DNA from: a bacterium
GTDB taxonomy: Bacteria > Cyanobacteriota > Vampirovibrionia > Gastranaerophilales > JBAXKC01
NCBI GenBank assembly: GCA_037137535.1
Contig: JBAXKC010000052.1
Location: 1 to 13,992 of the forward strand
Direction of reading: 5' to 3'
Length of the DNA: 13,992 nt
Shown: positions 7,180 to 13,992 of the stretch, piece by piece
Layout of the letters: each line of letters opens with the position of its first letter
Numbering within the stretch: position 1 is the stretch's first letter
The notes under the pieces: model-generated
The model's database searches: none
What the model saw: the letters and a program-made list of their open reading frames with translations, nothing else
What the model was told of the DNA's origin: nothing
Position numbers and translations under genes: made by a program

Positions 7180-9567
7180 TTATTTTAACTCTTTTACACT
7201 AAGTTTATGTTGCTCAAAAGTAAGTAAAGCGCCTGCATCTTTCAAATATTTATTCATAAATTTTATTTTTGCTGAATTCGCTGGTGAAATTTGCTCTTCT
7301 TCCCACATTTGCATAATAGAAGTAAGATAATTAACCGCATCAATAACTTTGCTTAAAGAATATGAATCAATATCATCGGGTGAACCGCTAATGCTATTGT
7401 GTATCATAGCTGCTTGAGCAAGAGCCAAATCTGCATATCTGCTTTTTCTGAATAGTTCCTGCGATTTAATATCGTTTAATTTGTATAAGAACTCTTCAAT
7501 CAACATTCTCGCTGAACTTAAAGTGTTTTTACTTGGAACTTTAGCTTCTTTGTATCTATAAGGTCCATTTGCTAAAAGTTTAGACTTTTCTGTTCCTAAA
7601 TGAGCCATAGCAAAGAGAGTATTACCTTTTAACCCCATCTCGTTTATTGCATAAATTTGCTCTAATAAATCCGGAGCTTCAAGCTGTCTTATTGCAATGC
7701 CGGGATAGACAAAGGCCTTATTATCAACGGCTTTAATAATATAATCAAGATTCTCGGATAGTTTTTCGGTATTATTAGCATAAATCATAGGATTTAACAC
7801 ATCCACCCAGCCATTATTTACCCATGTTTCCCAATCCTGCTGAATAGAATTAACCCTGCTCTGTCTGTTACCGCCAAAAACTGCTGCTGATATTACAATA
7901 TCAGGTTTGATTTTTCTAAGGCTATCAGAAACATCTTTAACAAAACTGCTTATTTGCTTGGTTTTCCAATTATTCCAAACTTTTACTGTTTCATAATTTA
8001 CATTTTTAAGACAAAATCCCGTATCAGCTTCAAATCGCTTTTGCGTTTCACAATTAAATCCCATTAAATTACCGTTTCTTTGAAAAGGATAACGGATATA
8101 GTCAAGCTGAATACCATCGACATCATAATTTGATGCAATTTCTTTTAAAAGATTATTAAGATAAGTTCTGACTTTAGGATTTGCGGGATCAAGCCAGTAT
8201 TCATTCTGACTAATAGGAATAAGGTTGCCTTTTTCTCCTTTTAACGCCCAATCAGCGTTTTTTGTCAAAATAGGTCCTGAATAATCCCTATTTTTATAAA
8301 TTATTGGATTATGTCTGGTATTTCCAGCTGCAAATATCCAACACCATGAATGAAGTTCAATATTGCGTTTATGAGCTTCTTTTACTGCCCAATATAAAGG
8401 ATCCCAGCCTTTTGTCATGGGATTTTGAGTTCCGATTGAAGAGGGATAAACGGTAAAGCCTGCATTAACAGTTTCAAAATAAACTACATTTATTCCTGTT
8501 TTTTGGATTCTATCAAATAAAATAGACATCTCTTTAGGGTTTTTAATTGAAACAATTGTTCCTCTATCAAGCCATAAAGTTCTTGCCTCGACTAAATTTG
8601 AAGGAACAGCTTTAGCGTAAGCATTTAATGCATCTAAACGGCTTTTTTTAATGTAATCAATTGCTTTTTCATAATCAAAATCGTTAAAACTTGAATTGGC
8701 AAGTTTTTCATTAAGCCTGGAAAGATAAAGAGATTCCTGAATTTCTGCCCTATTGTTACTTCCTGTAGTATTAGAAGAAGTTTCAAGCAAAGTGTTTGCT
8801 TTTGACCTAAATTTATCTATTTCTGCAATTTTTGATTTATAAGATTTTGAATTGAAATTTATTTGCTCTTTTTTAATTATACCTGGAGAAAGGTTATCCA
8901 GAACTGTTTCCATAAAAGCAGAGTTAAAGGAAATATTTCCATCATTCCCCCAACGCCAGCCAAGATAGCTACCATTATTATCAATTACCGCAGCAGGAAT
9001 ATTTTCTTCTTCCTGTCCCCATACAGCAATAGTTTTAGACTGACTATCGGGCTTTAATGAAACAGTCTTGATATTTGCAGGAAAATCATTTTCAACAATT
9101 GATTTTTCACCCAAATAATTAACAGAAGAAGCAGTTCCAAGGCTTAATTTACCTTTTAAATCAGCGCCCGAAAGCTCTGCAAGTTTTTTTATCGTTATAG
9201 TGTCTAAATCTTCAGGATAAGAAACTATTATTTTACCGCCATCATTTACATAAGTCGTAAGTCCTTTAAGAGCATCCGCAGGTAAATCAACGGTAAGAGG
9301 TAATATAATAACTTCATACTCTGAAGCATTAATTTTTTTTAATTCATCATCACTTAATAAAGTATATTTTATATTTATATGTTTTAAAGTTTGGTCTACT
9401 TCATCAAAAAGTTTGCCGTAATCTCCCAAATACTGGTTAGAAAACATTAAAGAACTTGTATTACTGTTTACTACGGCTATTTTAGCGTACATTGCCGATG
9501 AAAAAGATAAACTGGTAAATATAGATAATATTGAAGTAAAAACAACTTTTTTACTAAGTATCAACAT
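7180..9567 (-). CDS. Secreted glycoside hydrolase family 10-like protein (GHL10/DUF187) with an N-terminal GATase-like/trimerisation-type domain
   Basis: Signal-peptide-like N-terminus (KK, hydrophobic stretch, MYA). Motifs EARTLWLDRGTIV, DPL...AHKRNIELHSW, WLDPANPKVR, YDVDGIQLDYIRYP, QDWETW, PMIY. YEVIILP...YVNDGGKII suggests a class I GATase-like fold. Confidence 0.88.
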   Translation of the reverse strand: MLILSKKVVFTSILSIFTSLSFSSAMYAKIAVVNSNTSSLMFSNQYLGDYGKLFDEVDQTLKHINIKYTLLSDDELKKINASEYEVIILPLTVDLPADALKGLTTYVNDGGKIIVSYPEDLDTITIKKLAELSGADLKGKLSLGTASSVNYLGEKSIVENDFPANIKTVSLKPDSQSKTIAVWGQEEENIPAAVIDNNGSYLGWRWGNDGNISFNSAFMETVLDNLSPGIIKKEQINFNSKSYKSKIAEIDKFRSKANTLLETSSNTTGSNNRAEIQESLYLSRLNEKLANSSFNDFDYEKAIDYIKKSRLDALNAYAKAVPSNLVEARTLWLDRGTIVSIKNPKEMSILFDRIQKTGINVVYFETVNAGFTVYPSSIGTQNPMTKGWDPLYWAVKEAHKRNIELHSWCWIFAAGNTRHNPIIYKNRDYSGPILTKNADWALKGEKGNLIPISQNEYWLDPANPKVRTYLNNLLKEIASNYDVDGIQLDYIRYPFQRNGNLMGFNCETQKRFEADTGFCLKNVNYETVKVWNNWKTKQISSFVKDVSDSLRKIKPDIVISAAVFGGNRQSRVNSIQQDWETWVNNGWVDVLNPMIYANNTEKLSENLDYIIKAVDNKAFVYPGIAIRQLEAPDLLEQIYAINEMGLKGNTLFAMAHLGTEKSKLLANGPYRYKEAKVPSKNTLSSARMLIEEFLYKLNDIKSQELFRKSRYADLALAQAAMIHNSISGSPDDIDSYSLSKVIDAVNYLTSIMQMWEEEQISPANSAKIKFMNKYLKDAGALLTFEQHKLSVKELK

Positions 9568-9665
9568 TCCAAAGCCTAACCGATCCGTAACTAAGTTATG
9601 ATTTATTTTATTATATATATGATTATATTTGAATACATTAACGAGAAAATTGTCGTTTAATATGA

Positions 9666-9920
9666 TTATTCTAATATTTGTTGAAGTGCTCCATTTTCGA
9701 GTTTTTCAGTATCCTCAAGCATCTTATAAACCATATAAGCCCCTAACGCTACTGCTTTAGGATCAAGGTCTGTTTGTTGAGCCATATCAATAATTGCTGC
9801 GTTTATTTCAGGATTTTCTTCTTTAATATAATGAATCATGCCTTTTCTCCAAATAGGCATATCTTTTATTATTTCAGCAAATACAGCTTGTCTGACTTCT
9901 TCGGCGATAATAGGTAACAA
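9666..9920 (-). CDS. Hypothetical protein (84 aa, acidic, helical-looking)
   Basis: TTG start preceded by GAGAGGT-aagtaac (SD, 7 nt spacing). Protein-like composition (EENPEIN, DLDPKAVALGAY). No family recognised. Confidence 0.78.
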   Translation of the reverse strand: MLPIIAEEVRQAVFAEIIKDMPIWRKGMIHYIKEENPEINAAIIDMAQQTDLDPKAVALGAYMVYKMLEDTEKLENGALQQILE

Positions 9921-10260
9921 GTTACTTACCTCTCATTTTCATCTCAACGTATATAAATTAATAAATCACAAATTTTAAAAAAATAAAAGTTTGTAAAGAA
10001 TTACGAATGGCATAGTTACAGGCTTTATTTTATCATTATTGATTTATCTATACAAATTATTTAATTAAAACATTTCATTTAATATATACATTGATTTGAT
10101 TTTTTAAATTAGTGGAATAATTAATGAGACACAAAGAAACAAAAGAAAACTTTTACTTCATTTTCACTTTAAAAAATAGTATTATAGAATACAATTAGAA
10201 ATTTAATTTAAGTATTAAGTGTAAAAAATATTTTGAGCTGTGAGTTTTAAGAGGTGTGTT

Positions 10261-11967
10261 ATGAACTGGATCAAAAATTTAAAAATCGCCCAAAAGATTT
10301 TGGCGTTTGTTGCTTTGTCTTCACTATTTATAGCTATAGTAGGATTTGTTGGTTTTCATTTTACGACTAAAGCAGGAAGAGATATGTCAACAATGTACAA
10401 AGACAGAACTTTACCTATCGGATGGCTATATTATGCCAATGCACAAGTCTGGAAGATAAAGTGCGATATTCTTGATGCTGCAATCGATAAAAACGAAAGA
10501 GAAATGAGAACTAAAGAAATAGAAGAGGTATTAACAAAGCTCAATACTCTCATAAAAAACTATTCAAAAACAAAACTCGACCCTTATGAAATTAATCATT
10601 TAGAAAGCCTAAATAATCATCTGGATCAACTTAATGCAGAAATCCCGCAAATAGTAAGTGAATTGAGAGCTAATAATATTAATAAAACCTATGAATTATT
10701 TTTCAAAAATAAAAAATTAATGGATAATCTTAAAGATGAAGTAAAAGCATTAGCAGTATATAATAACAAAGTTGCGGCAAAAATAGATGCTCAAAATGAT
10801 AAGGATACAGCTGAAGCAACTCTAATAATAATAGTCACTATTCTGTCATCATTAATCACTTCTATTTCAATTGGTTTAGCTATATCAAAAATGATCTCTA
10901 ATCCAATCAATAATGTAGTAAATAACTTAAATGAAGTGGCACAAGGTAACCTTTCCATTAAAGATTTAACTATTGCTTCAAAAGATGAAACAGGACTATT
11001 ATCTTTAGCCCTTAACGAAACGGTTAAAAGTCTTAAATCACTTATTACTTCATTGACTACTTCAATATCAGATATCAGCGCAAGCTCAGAAGAAATGGCA
11101 GCTTCTGCCGATCAAACAGCCTTAGGCTCTCAACAGACAGCCACTACAACAGCTCAATTAGCTCAAGGGGCTCAGGAAATATCAAGAAGTGTTGAACAAG
11201 GTGCTGTAACTATTACTAAAATGAATAAGGTAATTCAAGAAATATCAGAAGAAGCCAAAACAGTTGCAAAACTAGGTAATGACACCGAAATTAATGCAAA
11301 TCAAGGAAGTAAGCATGTTCAAAATGCTATCGGCAAAATTGACAACATTAAAACTGTTTCAGCTGATATATCAATAACAGTTGCAAAATTAGGAACTTTA
11401 AGCTCTGAAATTGAAACAATTGTTGATTTGATTAAAGGAATAGCAGGACAAACAAATCTTTTAGCACTTAATGCTGCAATTGAAGCAGCGAGAGCTGGAG
11501 AACAAGGTAAAGGGTTTGCGGTTGTAGCCGAAGAAGTTAAAAAACTTGCTACTCAATCAGCAGAAGCAACCGATAAAATTACTGACATGATAAAAGAAAT
11601 TCAAACACAGACAGGAATTGCCGTTAGCAAAATGGATAAAGCTACTAACGAAGTACAAGAAGGAGTTACTGTAGTTAATGAAGCAGGAAAAGCTCTTGAT
11701 CAAATTATCAGCCAAGTAAAAACCGCTAATTCTAAGATTCAAGAAATCACTAAAGAAATTGACGGTGTTGCTCATAACTCTGAGGATGTAGTTAGAATGA
11801 TTGAAAATATTTCAGCCATTACAGAAGAAACAGCAGCTAGCGCAGAAGAAATTTCAAGTATTACTCAAGAACAAACAGCCAGTATGCAGGAAATCAGCGC
11901 AGGCTCTCAATCATTAGCTCAAATAGCAGAAAAACTTAATGAAAAAGTTTCGGTGTTTAATATTTAA
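10261..11967 (+). CDS. Methyl-accepting chemotaxis protein 1 (TM, four-helix-bundle sensor, TM, HAMP, signalling domain)
   Basis: Hairpin tip [41 protein letters not shown] (PINNV...VAQGNL...KDETGLL), 4HB_MCP_1-like start (NLKIAQK...MYKDRTLPI). The ATG at 10261 with GAGGTG at 10251-10256 is preferred over the GTG at 10240. Confidence 0.97.
   Translation: MNWIKNLKIAQKILAFVALSSLFIAIVGFVGFHFTTKAGRDMSTMYKDRTLPIGWLYYANAQVWKIKCDILDAAIDKNEREMRTKEIEEVLTKLNTLIKNYSKTKLDPYEINHLESLNNHLDQLNAEIPQIVSELRANNINKTYELFFKNKKLMDNLKDEVKALAVYNNKVAAKIDAQNDKDTAEATLIIIVTILSSLITSISIGLAISKMISNPINNVVNNLNEVAQGNLSIKDLTIASKDETGLLSLALNETVKSLKSLITSLTTSISDISASSEEMAASADQTALGSQQTATTTAQLAQGAQEISRSVEQGAVTITKMNKVIQEISEEAKTVAKLGNDTEINANQGSKHVQNAIGKIDNIKTVSADISITVAKLGTLSSEIETIVDLIKGIAGQTNLLALNAAIEAARAGEQGKGFAVVAEEVKKLATQSAEATDKITDMIKEIQTQTGIAVSKMDKATNEVQEGVTVVNEAGKALDQIISQVKTANSKIQEITKEIDGVAHNSEDVVRMIENISAITEETAASAEEISSITQEQTASMQEISAGSQSLAQIAEKLNEKVSVFNI
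11170..11926 (+). repeat. Direct repeat copy 1 (757 bp, signalling domain of MCP1)
   Basis: By manual comparison identical to 13074-13830 (offset 1904). It extends left to 11108 with two synonymous mismatches (11142 C/A, 11169 G/A). Confidence 0.95.
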
Positions 11968-11989
11968 TTTACAATAATTTATTTTTCAA

Positions 11990-12032
11990 GTAAGCCATTC
12001 CCTACTAAACTTATGGAATGGCTTACGTTTTT
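11990..12032 (+). terminator. Intrinsic terminator after MCP1
   Basis: 12-bp stem GTAAGCCATTCC (11990-12001) / GGAATGGCTTAC (12015-12026), 13-nt loop, then GTTTTT. Confidence 0.8.
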
Positions 12033-12137
12033 CCTAAAAACAGGTCTTCTTTTTTTTCAAAAAATAAGTTAATATTAACAAAAAACATATAAAAATAAGT
12101 ATCAAGTATTTAAGTTATCGATTTAGGGAGTTATAGT

Positions 12138-13871
12138 ATGAAGTTAATGAGCAATTTTAACATTGGAAAAAAAATATTTTTTGTTATCGGTATTATTTTA
12201 GTTTTAAACTTATTAATCTTCGTATTTTCTTTCTTTGGAATTAATGAATCTCACAAGTCTTTTAGAAATATCATAGATAACAACTTAGGAACAGTTAACG
12301 AACTACAAAAAAGCAAAGTTAATATTCTTCTTTTAAGAAGATACGAAAAAGATATATTCCTTAATGTTGGTAATTCATCAAAAACAGAAGAATACAAAGC
12401 AAAATGGGACAAAACAAACCATAAACTTACAAAAAACCTTGCTTTTATTGATACAAAACTTGAATTAATGAAGCTAAAAAATGAGTTAAATACTGATACA
12501 AAAATAAAAAGTAATTTAAAAATTTATGAAGAAGGCTTAAATTCAATTTATTCAGATATAAATGATGGAGTAATAGATAATCCTAAAGCCGCAAATAAAG
12601 CATTAAGCCAATATAAAAAATCTATCCGACAAATAGAAGATCTTTTAGAGAATAATATTAAAAGTATCGATAAGCGATATATTCTTATGGATAAACAGAA
12701 TTCAAATTTAATTAATACGCTTGAATTTATTATGATTATTTTAATGACTTCTTCTATAGCAGTAAGTGTCGTTTTAAGTTTAATACTGATTAAATTAATA
12801 ACCAGCCCAATTGAAAACGTGGTTAATAATTTAAACGAAGTAGCAAAAGGAAATCTATCAGTTAAGGAACTTGAAATCGAGGCAAAAGATGAAACAGGAA
12901 TTTTAGCCCTAGCTCTTAATTTAACTGTGCAAAATCTTAAAAAATTAATAGGATCTGTAACAACTTCAATTGAAGATATTAGCGCAAGCTCACAAGAAAT
13001 GGCAGCTTCATCCGATCAAACAGCCTTAGGCTCTCAACAGACAGCAACTACAACAGCTCAATTAGCTCAAGGAGCTCAGGAAATATCAAGAAGTGTTGAA
13101 CAAGGTGCTGTAACTATTACTAAAATGAATAAGGTAATTCAAGAAATATCAGAAGAAGCCAAAACAGTTGCAAAACTAGGTAATGACACCGAAATTAATG
13201 CAAATCAAGGAAGTAAGCATGTTCAAAATGCTATCGGCAAAATTGACAACATTAAAACTGTTTCAGCTGATATATCAATAACAGTTGCAAAATTAGGAAC
13301 TTTAAGCTCTGAAATTGAAACAATTGTTGATTTGATTAAAGGAATAGCAGGACAAACAAATCTTTTAGCACTTAATGCTGCAATTGAAGCAGCGAGAGCT
13401 GGAGAACAAGGTAAAGGGTTTGCGGTTGTAGCCGAAGAAGTTAAAAAACTTGCTACTCAATCAGCAGAAGCAACCGATAAAATTACTGACATGATAAAAG
13501 AAATTCAAACACAGACAGGAATTGCCGTTAGCAAAATGGATAAAGCTACTAACGAAGTACAAGAAGGAGTTACTGTAGTTAATGAAGCAGGAAAAGCTCT
13601 TGATCAAATTATCAGCCAAGTAAAAACCGCTAATTCTAAGATTCAAGAAATCACTAAAGAAATTGACGGTGTTGCTCATAACTCTGAGGATGTAGTTAGA
13701 ATGATTGAAAATATTTCAGCCATTACAGAAGAAACAGCAGCTAGCGCAGAAGAAATTTCAAGTATTACTCAAGAACAAACAGCCAGTATGCAGGAAATCA
13801 GCGCAGGCTCTCAATCATTAGCTCAAATAGTTCAAAATCTTAATGAAAAAGTTTCGGTTTTTAAAGTTTAA
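12138..13871 (+). CDS. Methyl-accepting chemotaxis protein 2 (TM, helical periplasmic sensor, TM, HAMP, signalling domain)
   Basis: AGGGAG at 12125-12130 before the ATG, two TM segments, sensor with [13 protein letters not shown] motif, HAMP (PIENV...VAKGNL...KDETGIL), same signalling tip as MCP1. Confidence 0.97.
   Translation: MKLMSNFNIGKKIFFVIGIILVLNLLIFVFSFFGINESHKSFRNIIDNNLGTVNELQKSKVNILLLRRYEKDIFLNVGNSSKTEEYKAKWDKTNHKLTKNLAFIDTKLELMKLKNELNTDTKIKSNLKIYEEGLNSIYSDINDGVIDNPKAANKALSQYKKSIRQIEDLLENNIKSIDKRYILMDKQNSNLINTLEFIMIILMTSSIAVSVVLSLILIKLITSPIENVVNNLNEVAKGNLSVKELEIEAKDETGILALALNLTVQNLKKLIGSVTTSIEDISASSQEMAASSDQTALGSQQTATTTAQLAQGAQEISRSVEQGAVTITKMNKVIQEISEEAKTVAKLGNDTEINANQGSKHVQNAIGKIDNIKTVSADISITVAKLGTLSSEIETIVDLIKGIAGQTNLLALNAAIEAARAGEQGKGFAVVAEEVKKLATQSAEATDKITDMIKEIQTQTGIAVSKMDKATNEVQEGVTVVNEAGKALDQIISQVKTANSKIQEITKEIDGVAHNSEDVVRMIENISAITEETAASAEEISSITQEQTASMQEISAGSQSLAQIVQNLNEKVSVFKV
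13074..13830 (+). repeat. Direct repeat copy 2 (757 bp, signalling domain of MCP2)
   Basis: Identical by manual comparison to 11170-11926. The same 72-aa antisense ORF appears in both copies in the supplied track. Confidence 0.95.
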
Positions 13872-13893
13872 AGATTATCAAATTTAATTTTCT

Positions 13894-13934
13894 AAAAAAT
13901 CCTATCCTGATTAATTACAGGATAGGATTTTTTT
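13894..13934. terminator. Intrinsic terminator after MCP2, probably bidirectional
   Basis: AAAAAATCCTATCCTG (13894-13909), loop ATTAATTA, CAGGATAGGATTTTTT (13918-13933). The A-run on the left and T-run on the right give U-tails on both strands. Confidence 0.9.
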
Positions 13935-13945
13935 ATAAACAGGAG

Positions 13946-13992
13946 TTACGCAGCACAAGATAAAGCAGCATAATTATTGACTTTTTCAGAAT
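13946..13992 (-). CDS. Probable 3' end of a convergent reading frame truncated by the window edge (...SEKVNNYAALSCAA*)
   Basis: Minus-strand frame open from the edge to TAA at 13946-13948, 11 nt before the bidirectional hairpin. A second minus frame is also open, so the frame is uncertain. Confidence 0.4.
   Translation of the reverse strand, partial: SEKVNNYAALSCAA

Noticed and set aside
8863..9057. 64-aa plus-strand ORF in the track
   Set aside because: Entirely antisense to the well-supported GHL10 gene, with no recognisable motif; a shadow ORF.
10240..10260. GTG start at 10240 for MCP1
   Set aside because: This segment contains the SD-like GAGGTG for the ATG at 10261, and [12 protein letters not shown] is a typical MCP N-terminus.
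9921..10260. Sigma28, FNR, NtcA or riboswitch elements upstream of MCP1
   Set aside because: No GCCGATA-type -10, no correctly spaced TTGAT-N4-ATCAA or GTA-N8-TAC that I could find, and no GC-containing stems. Only a weak TTCACT-N16-TAGAAT (10163-10190) is present.
11557..11775. 72-aa minus-strand ORF, first copy
   Set aside because: Antisense shadow of the MCP1 signalling domain. Its F/S-rich composition mirrors the GAA/AAA-rich sense codons.
13461..13679. 72-aa minus-strand ORF, second identical copy
   Set aside because: Its duplication simply follows from the 757-bp repeat and is not evidence of an independent gene.
11077..13830. Diversity-generating retroelement (TR/VR pair) explanation for the MCP repeat, since mismatches at 13046 and 13073 are both A in copy 2
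   Set aside because: No reverse transcriptase in the window. Both changes are synonymous, the many adenines in the 757-bp core are unchanged, flanking mismatches are not A-specific, and the region is the conserved signalling domain.
1..13992. CRISPR array, IS element, prophage, tRNA or rRNA
   Set aside because: No regularly spaced short repeats, transposase, integrase or phage motifs, or structured-RNA signatures were seen. Nearly all the sequence is explained by ordinary CDSs.

Overview
Low-GC (roughly 30% by eye) bacterial chromosomal window; I see no mobile element, CRISPR array, rRNA or tRNA. A minus-strand run of genes, in transcription order, is: 84-aa hypothetical, secreted GHL10/DUF187 glycoside hydrolase, DUF192 protein, uvrC, a divergent GshB-like ATP-grasp ligase, alpha/beta hydrolase, a tandem double CxxCxxCC (YkgJ-like) protein and a TauE/SafE exporter. 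To its left are a 58-aa plus-strand ORF missed by the ORF track and a 176-aa hypothetical. To its right are two tandem chemoreceptor (MCP) genes, each followed by an intrinsic terminator. The MCPs have dissimilar sensor domains but share a 757-bp stretch that reads as identical. The cyanobacterial-type GHL10, Firmicutes-like MCPs and low GC suggest Vampirovibrionia/Melainabacteria (inference only). The best leads are the homogenised MCP signalling module, the GshB-like enzyme with rewritten substrate loops beside a putative thiol/sulfur module, the internally duplicated Cys-cluster protein, the N-terminal 'FxG' motif protein and an ssrA-tag-like reading frame at the right edge. All family assignments come from motif recognition; no searches were run.
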